Assembly: GCF_055900595.2 (NCBI RefSeq)
Contig: NZ_CM148325.1
Length of the DNA: 64,000 bases
Reading direction: 5' to 3' (one strand)
The position numbers and the translations under genes were made by a program. Below the pieces are notes generated by a model. The model did not search any database, was not told the DNA's origin, and saw only the letters and a list, made by a program, of their open reading frames with translations. Of this stretch, positions 17,603 to 27,036 are shown piece after piece (position 1 is the first letter of the stretch; every line of letters starts with the position of its first letter).

Positions 17603-20362
17603 TCATTCTTCAGATGAGTTATAATCTCCTGGCTGGTAATTGAGTACATAAACGTTTATTTGTCGTCCCTGAATACGTGGTGATTTTCTTTGGTATCCAC
17701 GACCGCTGTTTGGTGGGGTTAGCATCCCGGCTTTTTTCAACACTTCAGCAAACTGTTTTGCGTTGAAACCACATGCGATCTCCTTTTCAAATGTGGCCGG
17801 GAATGTGTAGAAAATCATTGGGCTTTCGTCATGTTCTCCACGCTGACGGTATCCGGCTAAATCTTTGATGGGCAAATCTGCCGGGCTGTATGGAAATGGT
17901 GCAAAACGGCTAAGCCCATAGGCATTAAGAAATGCCTCCGTTTGTTCAATAATCTGCTGATGTTCTTTGTTACCTGTGCCGAACTCGCGCAACCATGCGT
18001 TATAGCTGTGCTGTATCGCATCACGGCATGTCTGAGCATCCCAGCCTGTTACAACCTCGCCTAACAGCAATGCGGCCTCCAGAATGGCAAATCGCGCGGC
18101 TACACGGTGAACCTGCTCACCATAATCGGATGGGATCAGGCTTCTCCATCTGCTTTCGCAATCACGAACGGTTTTAATAGCCTGTTGCTGGTGGTCTGCC
18201 AGCCATTTAATCCACTCACGCCCGGACGCGCCGTGGTGATGCTGGTAAGCGTCTTTCAGTGCGTCTGCGTGCTGTTTTCCGTTCTGGTAATCGTGAAAGC
18301 GTACTGCTTTACTCAACGGAATATTCAGCAGTCGCACCAGTTGCCCGGCTTTGGTTTTTCGCCCGGAAGTAGCGATAAATGTTTCTAAATCCATTTCTCC
18401 GGTGCTGATTGCCACTGTACGCCAACGTTTTAGATCCCGGTTTCCACCATCTTTAGCGCCTTGCAGTTTCCCTACACCGTTAAATAACGCATAGGCAGAC
18501 TGTGAAACGCTGACAGGATCAGCGCCCTGACCAACTTCATCAAGCGGCATTAGTCCGTCATTGTGGGCGGCGGCCTCATTTGCCAGCCCCAGCGCGGTTC
18601 CGTACCACGTCAGCCGCAGTAAATCAGGGTTGCCGTATAAGCTGCTCGCCACGTTTGCCGTGGTGGTCTTACCTGCGCTCGACTGCTCATAGAAATGAAT
18701 GCCGAACCCGTCAGCGCCCACCAGCCCAATCAATGGCGCTGCCAGTGCTGCGCCGATCCCGGTCATCATTGAATAGTTACCAAAGGCCAGACGCGCCACG
18801 TTATCACGCCAGCTTTTCGCGCTCCCTGAGACGGTATATCCGGCTGCGGCTGAGCTTCTCCCGCTGAACAGCACAGGATTTTCAGGTGTTCCGATGATTT
18901 CCCCATCAGGCATGATGTACGCTCCGCATTGCCAGCCAGTGGCATGAGCAACACGCCACAATTCACGAGAGCCACTGCGTTGTAGCCAGTCTGCCAGTAT
19001 TGCTCTGAGGCTGCTTTTGGTCGTGACATTTACCCCACCAGCTTTAAGTGTGCGCCATCCTTCACGTTCACCAATATCAGCCAGTGGAATGGCAGCGGTT
19101 GTCGGCGTTTCAGAACCAAACGACAGCCAGCGAAGAATGAGATACTGGTCTTTATCGTCTCTGCCAGTACCGATAACGCTTAACGGAGAACATAACCAGC
19201 TTTCGTTATTGATGATTTCTCCACTCTGGCTGTCAGCTCTCGGAGATACCCAATAAATACCATCCTCGCGGCTTTCTATTCTTGGTTTCAGTGGGTCGGT
19301 ATCCATAACCTTAAAATCGCTTCCCTCAATGGTCTGTGGCTCCTGTTTCACGCCATTACCCTGTGGTTGGTACATTGACTTATTGAACGCTTCTGTGGCG
19401 CATTTAATGCCGTGTTTTTGGTGGTAATCATTCCAGTCTGCTTTGTGATCTGTCGGGGGTAATGCCACCCATCCAGAAACAGATAAAGCTGCTTTTTCTG
19501 CTGCTATTCTCCCCGTGTTTTGTCTTCCTTCGCTGTGGTCGTTATCCGCAGCAATGATGATTTGTGCTGAAGGATATTTATCCCGCAGTACCTGGGCGAC
19601 ATATAACAGGTTCCCGGCATCAATCGCCGCCACTGTCAGCGCCTCTGGACGAATTAAATGGGCAGATAATGCCGTTGCCAGCCCTTCTGCGATTAAGATG
19701 CTCTGTGTTGTTTCTGGTGCGTTTATGGCGTGATATGCCCCCCGCTTTGCTGAACCTGTCAGGAGTCTTTTTTCACCATGTGAGGTAATAGTCTGTGCTG
19801 CTGTGACTGCGCCGGATTTATCCACCAGCGCCAGCAACAGAGATCCATCGGGCAACACGGGGAATGTAAAATCACCTACCCCTTTCGCAACCAGATAATC
19901 AGATTTGCCGTTTACAGCCTTTCTGCGCATGTCATCAAACTGACGGGAAAACGTATCCCGTCTTTGTTGTTCGTCCTTCTCTGCCCTTTTCAGGCGCTCC
20001 TGTTCGCGTCGCTGGCGCTCGGTTTCCAGTTGTTCCCGTTTCTGGCTGGTGGCTTCTGGTGTTTCCGTTGTCCGGTAATCAATACCCAGAACATCAGCGG
20101 CAAGAAGCGCCGCCTCTGTTGTGTCGCAGTTATTTACGCGTTTAATTAAATCCAGCCCATCACCAGCGCCGCACTGATTACAGATGAAGCTACCGCGCCC
20201 GTTGTCATCGAACCGGAATCGATCTTTGCCCCCACATGCAGGGCAGGGAGCATGACGGCGCGGAGAGTCAGGGACATTTATGTTCAGGCAGCCCAGCACA
20301 TGAGGCCAGTTGTTTTCAGACGCACTGATAACCTGACGGATAAGATCAATGTTTCGCATCAC
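17603..20362 (-). CDS. P4 alpha-like DNA primase-helicase
   Basis: 919 aa; zinc-finger CPACGG...CNQCG, TOPRIM-like acidic core IIIAADNDH, Walker A SSAGKTT. Confidence 0.85.
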   Translation of the reverse strand: MMRNIDLIRQVISASENNWPHVLGCLNINVPDSPRRHAPCPACGGKDRFRFDDNGRGSFICNQCGAGDGLDLIKRVNNCDTTEAALLAADVLGIDYRTTETPEATSQKREQLETERQRREQERLKRAEKDEQQRRDTFSRQFDDMRRKAVNGKSDYLVAKGVGDFTFPVLPDGSLLLALVDKSGAVTAAQTITSHGEKRLLTGSAKRGAYHAINAPETTQSILIAEGLATALSAHLIRPEALTVAAIDAGNLLYVAQVLRDKYPSAQIIIAADNDHSEGRQNTGRIAAEKAALSVSGWVALPPTDHKADWNDYHQKHGIKCATEAFNKSMYQPQGNGVKQEPQTIEGSDFKVMDTDPLKPRIESREDGIYWVSPRADSQSGEIINNESWLCSPLSVIGTGRDDKDQYLILRWLSFGSETPTTAAIPLADIGEREGWRTLKAGGVNVTTKSSLRAILADWLQRSGSRELWRVAHATGWQCGAYIMPDGEIIGTPENPVLFSGRSSAAAGYTVSGSAKSWRDNVARLAFGNYSMMTGIGAALAAPLIGLVGADGFGIHFYEQSSAGKTTTANVASSLYGNPDLLRLTWYGTALGLANEAAAHNDGLMPLDEVGQGADPVSVSQSAYALFNGVGKLQGAKDGGNRDLKRWRTVAISTGEMDLETFIATSGRKTKAGQLVRLLNIPLSKAVRFHDYQNGKQHADALKDAYQHHHGASGREWIKWLADHQQQAIKTVRDCESRWRSLIPSDYGEQVHRVAARFAILEAALLLGEVVTGWDAQTCRDAIQHSYNAWLREFGTGNKEHQQIIEQTEAFLNAYGLSRFAPFPYSPADLPIKDLAGYRQRGEHDESPMIFYTFPATFEKEIACGFNAKQFAEVLKKAGMLTPPNSGRGYQRKSPRIQGRQINVYVLNYQPGDYNSSEE

Positions 20363-20717
20363 CGTACCCCACGTGGTCTATAGCGTTTGCGATATGGCTA
20401 ACCAGCATCTGCCACTTGGTTATTCCGTAATCAGTCAGCATGCCATCATTGTTTAGCCACATATCAAATTCAGCGGTTGTCGCAAGTTTCCACTTATCGC
20501 CGTGGGCAGTCCTCATTGCTGGGTACATGAATGCGCAAATCAGATCACAAACATCTGACGGCTTCAGAGATGTAGTAATGATGCGTCCCTCTGGCGTCTG
20601 AATTGCCATTTTCTCTTCACCAGTAGAATGAAGGTTATGAATCCACACAGCACCAGCAATCTTTGCCACCTGCTCTCCGATTGCGGAGCTAAGCGCCATT
20701 TCTGCATTTTCACGCAT
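20346..20717 (-). CDS. Hypothetical protein
   Basis: 123-aa ORF in operon with primase. Confidence 0.45.
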   Translation of the reverse strand: MRENAEMALSSAIGEQVAKIAGAVWIHNLHSTGEEKMAIQTPEGRIITTSLKPSDVCDLICAFMYPAMRTAHGDKWKLATTAEFDMWLNNDGMLTDYGITKWQMLVSHIANAIDHVGYGDAKH

Positions 20718-21051
20718 GAGAACCTCCCGCTACAGTTGCGCCCATGTCATTAACCATGCTTTGCCATATCTCACGCCCGACGTCAGTCAATCCGTCCTTA
20801 GTGACGCAACGATCAAGAAGCTCGATCCCCACGGTTTCCCACTGCGGGTAGAACACTTTCATGGCTGCCAGTGTGTAGCTATCGATCAGGCTGCGAACGC
20901 CTTTTACTCCATTGACGATTTCCACACGGACGGCCTCGCCGTCCGCATCAACCATGAAATAGTCCCCGCCGCTGGTGGAGGTAATGTGGTTATACAGTGC
21001 CGACGCATACTTATTTGCCAGCGCATTCAGTCGGAAATTTTTAGTAATCAT
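20710..21051 (-). CDS. Hypothetical protein
   Basis: 113-aa ORF, 8-nt overlap with downstream gene. Confidence 0.45.
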   Translation of the reverse strand: MITKNFRLNALANKYASALYNHITSTSGGDYFMVDADGEAVRVEIVNGVKGVRSLIDSYTLAAMKVFYPQWETVGIELLDRCVTKDGLTDVGREIWQSMVNDMGATVAGGSHA

Positions 21052-21061
21052 GGTTCCATCC

Positions 21062-21664
21062 TCAGTGCGTCACTGGTTCCGCTGGCATGCCGTTTTCATT
21101 CAGTTCAGCTATAAAGCTGTTGTGAAGTTCAGCAAGCGTTTCACGACCAAATGGAGTCAGTGCTCCTTGTTCCACATCCATCATGGCTCTGTAGAAAATG
21201 ATGGCGCGTTCTGTGCCAGACTCGATGCCAAAACGTTCTATCATCGCGCCCTCAATGTTGTTTGCCATAGCGAGGCGCTCTGCTACTGGATACAGCGGCA
21301 TGGCGACGATGCCGTTGGAATAAACAGCCACTTCGGAAGGGTTGCCAGTATCATCAATGATGCTGACAGTGCCGTTTTCCTCTCTCATTTCCAGCATGAA
21401 TACTGTTGCGATCAGCCATCTCCACATAATGACGTTATGCTGTGATGTGTAATCGAAATATCCCTGGTTGCCGCCATCGGCTATAGCGAGATGTATTGAC
21501 ATACCTTCATCTGGTTTATCGTCATAATCCCCGGCATCCAGACGATTTACGGCATCAATATATGAGACGGCCTCAACGCGTTCTGTCATGCCATCGTTGC
21601 TGCGGTACATGATGTTTACGCCGTCAGGCGTTGCTTCTGCATGGAAAGTTAAGAAATTATTCAT
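21062..21664 (-). CDS. Hypothetical protein
   Basis: Start moved to internal ATG (MNNFLTF...) giving ATG/TGA overlap with upstream ORF. Confidence 0.5.
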   Translation of the reverse strand: MNNFLTFHAEATPDGVNIMYRSNDGMTERVEAVSYIDAVNRLDAGDYDDKPDEGMSIHLAIADGGNQGYFDYTSQHNVIMWRWLIATVFMLEMREENGTVSIIDDTGNPSEVAVYSNGIVAMPLYPVAERLAMANNIEGAMIERFGIESGTERAIIFYRAMMDVEQGALTPFGRETLAELHNSFIAELNENGMPAEPVTH

Positions 21665-21878
21665 GTTTCGCCTCGCCTGAATGATTCTGTAACTCATATT
21701 TGCCCAACAATTCGTCTGCTTCCTGAATAGCTTCTGGTACGCCATTGAGCAGTGACATAACCGCGCCAATCATTAACTTGTCTCTGTTGCTGGGGCTGGC
21801 CCCTTCAAGCCAGAACCCTAAAACAGTCTGAACCTGTTCGATGCGACATTGTGCTTCAATGAGCTGGATGTTGGTCAT
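21657..21878 (-). CDS. Hypothetical protein
   Basis: 73-aa ORF, overlapping start/stop chain. Confidence 0.4.
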   Translation of the reverse strand: MTNIQLIEAQCRIEQVQTVLGFWLEGASPSNRDKLMIGAVMSLLNGVPEAIQEADELLGKYELQNHSGEAKHE

Positions 21879-22138
21879 TTCGCACTCTCCGCATCGATTA
21901 AACTGATATCTATCAGAGAGGTAACTTTTTGTAGCCAGCTAGTGATTACTGTCGCCTGTTCCCCTCCCACCGATGGAAGAATCTCATTCATCACATGAAG
22001 CAGACCTGTGCGCGCCCTGGTAAGCCGTTCAGTCGTGCGATCTGCAAGAGTGAATGTGTCTGGATATGGCTCTTCACGGCTCAGCAATGATTCAATTTCC
22101 AGCTCACACGGATGACGATAAATTAAGTTGATATTCAT
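21875..22138 (-). CDS. Hypothetical protein
   Basis: 87-aa ORF, overlapping start/stop chain. Confidence 0.4.
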   Translation of the reverse strand: MNINLIYRHPCELEIESLLSREEPYPDTFTLADRTTERLTRARTGLLHVMNEILPSVGGEQATVITSWLQKVTSLIDISLIDAESAK

Positions 22139-22386
22139 TTTTCACCACCAAGAATTACCAGCTCTGCACGAGCATCGTTAACCAAAGATGAGCACGCTTT
22201 AATCGCATCCACGACATCAGCAGCGTCCATTTCTTCAGCCGAAAGACTGACAGCAACCAGGACAGCCGCTGCTTGCTCGATTAATTGAAGTGCGGACGTA
22301 AGTCGAGGGGCATTAATTGAGTTATTCATTGGTTGCCCCCGTTTTTCCTGGCATTTCGCCACCTTCCAGCAGGAAATGAACGTCAC
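22135..22386 (-). CDS. Hypothetical protein
   Basis: 83-aa ORF; true start may be internal. Confidence 0.35.
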   Translation of the reverse strand: MTFISCWKVAKCQEKRGQPMNNSINAPRLTSALQLIEQAAAVLVAVSLSAEEMDAADVVDAIKACSSLVNDARAELVILGGEK

Positions 22387-22540
22387 GAACGGCGAGATCC
22401 AATATCGCGAGTAACGCCTTCAGTCTTTCGTCTCGTGAGGGAGAGTTGCTCACCAGAATGTCGTTAATCACTTCTGTCAGTGTGATGATCTGGCTTGTGC
22501 GTTCGAGGGGATCCATATGCACATCGTAGGTTTTAATCAT
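22322..22540 (-). CDS. Hypothetical small protein
   Basis: C-terminal 72 aa of the long 355-aa track ORF; GGAGGTG RBS before ATG at 22540. Confidence 0.35.
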   Translation of the reverse strand: MIKTYDVHMDPLERTSQIITLTEVINDILVSNSPSRDERLKALLAILDLAVRDVHFLLEGGEMPGKTGATNE

Positions 22541-22874
22541 GTGCCACCTCCATGCGGATACGACCAGCAAAAAAGCAGACGTGATCGCGCACCAGAGAAC
22601 GGCGAGCATCGCGTTCAGACTCGGCAGCAATATGATGAATTTTGGCGGTAATTGTCGGGCAATCGCGGCGAACTGCGGCGATAATCCAGATAAATTGCGG
22701 TTTTTGGGTAGGGGTAGTAGCCAGCATGTGGCAGCCTCCTTGTACTGGGAATTCTTCCCACCACCGGAGCTGCGAAACTCGCTGGTGGTGGACTGAACAG
22801 AGTTCGCAGTACCGGCGTACAAGGAAACCGGCCAGCCTTTCGGCTGCCCTGTCCAGCCCACCATAATTTTGCAA
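22533..22874 (-). CDS. Hypothetical protein
   Basis: 113-aa ORF with ATG/TGA overlap at 22533-22540. Confidence 0.35.
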   Translation of the reverse strand: MQNYGGLDRAAERLAGFLVRRYCELCSVHHQRVSQLRWWEEFPVQGGCHMLATTPTQKPQFIWIIAAVRRDCPTITAKIHHIAAESERDARRSLVRDHVCFFAGRIRMEVAHD

Positions 22875-23385
22875 GCGACGCGGATTATAACCACATCACT
22901 GAAAAAAGTGTGAGTCTGGCTAACGGCACAAAAAAAGACGCTCGGCGCGTCATGTGTCGCCTCGTACATTTCCGGGCTGCGAAACCCGGCACCCGTTTTA
23001 TGAGGTGCCTTATAACCATAAACCGTGTTGCCGCATAACGGCAAGCTCTTTTTTATGGACTCCGAAAACTCACTATTGGAAGAACCAGAAGCACAGTACA
23101 TCGCGCTCATTTCGTTAACGTCACGCGCGTGGACGAATGTTTTTGTGGAGTCACTACACGAGCGGAAGACATCATCTACGACCAGAAATTTTCTGGCGCA
23201 GCCGCTGACCTTCTCAAGGCTAATATCATCGCCCGAGATTTCTGGTATGGTTAAGGCATCCGTTCCGGCCACCAGCAAATGATAAACTTTGCTTGTATCT
23301 GCTGTATTAATGCCTGACTTTGCCGTCATATTTCTGGATTTTGGCGACATACCAGCCAGTGAAAATGTCTTCTTCTGGATGGGTA

Positions 23386-23565
23386 TCATTGGTTAACCTC
23401 CGCGAACTCCTTCATGAAACGCGCCAGCGGTTGTACGCATGGCGATTGATACCCGTCGCGATAAAACGTCACTCGGTTGTGAGACACGCTTTCGACAGTA
23501 ACGAGTGCTCCGTGGGCATCTTTGTAGCGTTTTTGAGGTTGTGGTGTTCCTGTCGGCTTAAACAT
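23386..23565 (-). CDS. Small hypothetical protein
   Basis: 59-aa ORF from internal ATG overlapping antirepressor stop. Confidence 0.35.
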   Translation of the reverse strand: MFKPTGTPQPQKRYKDAHGALVTVESVSHNRVTFYRDGYQSPCVQPLARFMKEFAEVNQ

Positions 23566-24391
23566 GGACCGCCTCCAGACGCTTGGCGAGCCAGCGTTGC
23601 GACAGGCGGGTGAGTTCTCCTTTACGCTGCTCATATTCCATGCCCATATCAATTAACGTGATATTGGTGCTTTCGAGATATGAGAGGTGCTCAAGCTGTT
23701 CTGCGTTCATATGGTCGCGAGGTTCGCCAGAATAGCCATTTATCCGCGCCCACTGTTTAGCAGTTAGCCCACCAAGAACGATACGAGAAATCATATTGCT
23801 CTCGTTTGTGTAGTGGTGTTGCTGCGTCGTTTTACCCATCTCGGCACGGGCCATATTCAGCGCATCGCACATTGGCTTAAAGTTGTTTGCGGCACTGATA
23901 CGGGCTTTTAGCTGGCGACGATAGCGGGCGGCGATTTCAGGCACGCTACGCTGTAATTCTTCCTCGCACTGGATGAAATAACGGCGGATAGCGCGCCCCT
24001 GATCATTGCGTTCGATCATTGCCAGTTCTTTCGCCATTCCGACACTTAACAGATAGTCTTTGCCGGGTCTGCCAGACTGCTTAATCTTGCTGTAAGCCGC
24101 GTCATTCGGGCTTTTCCCCAAATTTGGGGAAATTGTTTTATGGACTGAGTAATCGTGCCCAATGGTGAAGTCATATTCAGAGATGCGATCAGTGATCCAT
24201 GTAGAGAAGTCTTTTCCCACGCCCAACGCTTTGTGTAACGCTTTTGCGCTAACAATATTGGTTTCACGCCCACCGATATGACCAGGAATAACCGGGACAA
24301 TTGCGGCAAATTCATTACCGTTAATTGTGCCCAGAGAGGCGTTCAGATGAGGGGCAGCCTCAGAAATTAATCTGCTTTTTTCGATGTTCAT
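23558..24391 (-). CDS. Phage antirepressor-like protein
   Basis: 277 aa; KALHKALGVGKDFSTWITDRI...LLSVGMAKELAMIERNDQGRAIRRYFIQCEE resembles AntA/KilAC-type antirepressors. Confidence 0.5.
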   Translation of the reverse strand: MNIEKSRLISEAAPHLNASLGTINGNEFAAIVPVIPGHIGGRETNIVSAKALHKALGVGKDFSTWITDRISEYDFTIGHDYSVHKTISPNLGKSPNDAAYSKIKQSGRPGKDYLLSVGMAKELAMIERNDQGRAIRRYFIQCEEELQRSVPEIAARYRRQLKARISAANNFKPMCDALNMARAEMGKTTQQHHYTNESNMISRIVLGGLTAKQWARINGYSGEPRDHMNAEQLEHLSYLESTNITLIDMGMEYEQRKGELTRLSQRWLAKRLEAVHV

Positions 24392-24403
24392 TTTCAGTCT
24401 CCG

Positions 24404-24835
24404 TTAGGCGGCGTTAAACGCGTCCGGGTAGAGTTTCAGAATGTCGGCAATTTCCTGCTGAGAAAGTCCGTTGTGATCATTTATGTTCGCAAGATGGTTA
24501 ACATGAGTGATCACTTTCAGAACATCACCACGGCAGGAGAAACGGTAGCGAAGGTGTGTTCCGATACCATCAGGATTCTTTTCGTCGATACGCTCCAGAG
24601 TGATTCCAAGCTGGCGTTCTAACTCTGTTGCATAGTTACGACCAGAAGACAGACGGCAGTAGCGAAGAATGTCATTTTCTGTCCATCCCTCTATACCAGT
24701 ACGCAGCATATAGACTCTGGCACGATGCTTTTTCGGTGTGCGCTTTGGTGCTTGAAGGGATTTTGTAAGGGGCGTAACATCAGATACACGAATATCTGAA
24801 TTAGCCGCCTGTAATGGGCGGTTTTTCTTTTCCAT
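24404..24835 (-). CDS. Hypothetical protein
   Basis: 143-aa ORF between antirepressor and alpA. Confidence 0.45.
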   Translation of the reverse strand: MEKKNRPLQAANSDIRVSDVTPLTKSLQAPKRTPKKHRARVYMLRTGIEGWTENDILRYCRLSSGRNYATELERQLGITLERIDEKNPDGIGTHLRYRFSCRGDVLKVITHVNHLANINDHNGLSQQEIADILKLYPDAFNAA

Positions 24836-25038
24836 CAGGCCACCTCGTCTCTAGATTCTAATATACACTTCTCAATCCATTCATCTATTTCAGACTCAAC
24901 AAAAGCAATTGCCCGACTTCCAATTTTTACCTGTTTAGGGAACCTCCCCTGACTAATAAGACGATAAATCCATGCTTTGCTATAACCAGTTCGCCTTTGA
25001 ACTTCAGAGAGACGAATTAATGAATTGTAATTAGCCAT
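24835..25038 (-). CDS. alpA: AlpA-family transcriptional regulator / excisionase-like
   Basis: 67 aa; LIRLSEVQRRTGYSKAWIYRLISQGRFPKQVKIGSRAIAFVESEIDEWI is the AlpA HTH pattern. Confidence 0.8.
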   Translation of the reverse strand: MANYNSLIRLSEVQRRTGYSKAWIYRLISQGRFPKQVKIGSRAIAFVESEIDEWIEKCILESRDEVA

Positions 25039-25466
25039 TTATTAATATCCTGTACTAATGACGCAATAACCCCCTCCTGCAACGAATGGCGAGAGTTTTA
25101 TTTGCGTCAAATGTCGAATACGCCAAAGACCACAATATGAAAAACATATTGCGGTCTTTTATAAAAGATAGTCAGATTGTTTTGGTTTGTTTGCTCCACA
25201 AGGGTAGAGCTACCCTGCATTTCGGCAGGATCACGCTATTAGGCGTGACATCCAGTAGTTTTAAAGAACAATTGCGCTTTGTCAGCGCCAAAGCCTGTTA
25301 AAGAACATTCCGCTTTGTCAGCGACGTAGAAGGCTCAATACACCTTCGTTTATAAAAGAGCGATTGCCCTTCTCCAGGGCTAACTGTTAAATAGCAATCC
25401 TCTGTGAGTTTTTATCAATCTACTCCCCTATACTTTAGTAAACCTCTGTATACTTGTCCAGTTGTT

Positions 25467-26681
25467 TCATGCGTGTTTTTCAAACACCATATGCACCACA
25501 TTTCCGCCATGCTCGAGAGAATCCATATAGTCGGCATACCATTGAAGCATCTCCCGCCTTCCATCCAGATATTGCGCATGGTTGTATGTGCCACGAATTG
25601 AGTTCTTATCAACGTGAGCGAGCTGCGTTTCTATCCACGCGGTGTTATAGCCCTGCTCATGCAAAATCGTACTCATAGTGTGCCGGAACCCATGACCAGT
25701 TACACGTCCAGCGTAGCCAATGCGCTTAAACACTTGGTTTATGCTGGCCTCGCTCATTGTTTTCCTTGGATCATTGCGCCCGGGAAACATAAGAGGGTAA
25801 TTGCCTGTTATTTCTCTAATCTTCCCAATAAGCGAAAGAGCCTGCTCAGACAATGGCACAATATGAGGCCGCCGCATTTTCATACGTGAAGCGGGTATCT
25901 CCCAGATAGCCTTGTTGAAATCAATTTCATCCCATAATGCGCCACGTAGTTCGCCAGTCCGCAAGCCGGTGATAATCAGTAGACGAGCCGCCATAACAAC
26001 CAATGCGCTTCCTGAGTAACTGGACAATGCCTTGAAAAAATCAGGTAATTCTTTGGCTGTAAGGAAAGGGTAATGATTAGATTCATGGCCTTGCATCGCG
26101 CTAGTAAGGTCTGGTGCAGGGTTATACTCTGCGCGACCAGTGACTATTGCATAGCGGAAAACTTCCCCGCACCGTTGCCTCACTTTTTTGGCTTTTTCTG
26201 TAGCACCGCGCCCCTCGATGCGACGCAGCACATTCAGAAGTTCAAGTGGTTTGATTTCGGCGATGGGTTTTTTGCCAATGTAAGGGAACACATCTTTGTT
26301 GAAGGCTTCGAGGATGTCTGAAGCATAACCAGCAGACCATTTTTTTAATTTGCTGCTGTGCCACTCAAGGGCAATATCTTTGAAGGTGTTGTTTAACTGC
26401 GTTTCCCGGGCAATCTTTTCCTCTCGTTTCGCTTCCATCGGATCGATACCACCAGCGATACCTCTTTTCGCATCTTCACGTTTTGCCCGAGCATCGGCTA
26501 GAGTAACCTCAGGATAAACACCTAGTGCCAATAGCTTCTCTTTACCAGCTACACGATATTTAAGTCGCCAGTATTTACCTCCATTAGGTTTTACCAAGAG
26601 ATACAAACCGCCACCATCGGCCAGCTTGTAAGCCTTCTCTTTTGGCTTGGCTGTGTCTATTTGACGGGCATTGAGTTTCAC
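25467..26681 (-). CDS. P4-type tyrosine integrase
   Basis: 404 aa; MKLNARQIDTAKPKEK... N-terminus, C-terminal HGFRHT...H..Y catalytic region; adjacent to tRNA. Confidence 0.9.
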   Translation of the reverse strand: MKLNARQIDTAKPKEKAYKLADGGGLYLLVKPNGGKYWRLKYRVAGKEKLLALGVYPEVTLADARAKREDAKRGIAGGIDPMEAKREEKIARETQLNNTFKDIALEWHSSKLKKWSAGYASDILEAFNKDVFPYIGKKPIAEIKPLELLNVLRRIEGRGATEKAKKVRQRCGEVFRYAIVTGRAEYNPAPDLTSAMQGHESNHYPFLTAKELPDFFKALSSYSGSALVVMAARLLIITGLRTGELRGALWDEIDFNKAIWEIPASRMKMRRPHIVPLSEQALSLIGKIREITGNYPLMFPGRNDPRKTMSEASINQVFKRIGYAGRVTGHGFRHTMSTILHEQGYNTAWIETQLAHVDKNSIRGTYNHAQYLDGRREMLQWYADYMDSLEHGGNVVHMVFEKHA

Positions 26682-26713
26682 TTGGGGGTACCTCCACTAA
26701 ACCGAACAGCAAA

Positions 26714-26734
26714 TACCCCCATAAGTACCCCCAT
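26714..26734 (+). repeat. TACCCCCATAAGTACCCCCAT motif in int promoter/attL region
   Basis: Second copy of motif at 6207-6227. Confidence 0.4.
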
Positions 26735-26846
26735 CTGACCGTAGATTTTGAGGGACTTTAGTAGACGTCAAAAGACGAACGGGGCTTTAATACGCGGATT
26801 ATAAGGGGTTTTGAAAGACTTTAGTAGACTTGGGGAGATGTTTGAA

Positions 26847-26922
26847 TGGTGCCGATAATAGGAGTCGAACCTACGACCTTCGCATTACGAATGCGCTGCT
26901 CTACCAACTGAGCTATATCGGC
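26847..26922 (-). tRNA. thrW: tRNA-Thr (anticodon CGU)
   Basis: Reverse complement GCCGATATAGCTCAGTTGGTAGAGCAGCGCATTCGTAATGCG...TATCGGCACCA; anticodon loop TTCGTAA. Confidence 0.9.
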
Positions 26923-27036
26923 CCTGAAAGGACATGTTCACGAACGTGAATCACGGTGGACAAGGTTAAAACTAACCGGGCGATGCGTCAATGGCCTTGT
27001 GAATCAAATGGCTACTTTTGCATCACCCGGTTTTAT

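Noticed and set aside
22322-23389. 355-aa ORF spanning several small genes of the integrative element
   Set aside because: Its middle section reads as low-plausibility sequence and overlaps a better-supported ORF in another frame; only the C-terminal 72 codons with an RBS were kept, at low confidence.
6146-26847. Calling the thrW element the K-12 CP4-6 prophage
   Set aside because: Only the attachment site is shared; the gene content seen here (primase-helicase, ejection-protein module, Panacea cassette) does not match what I recall of CP4-6.
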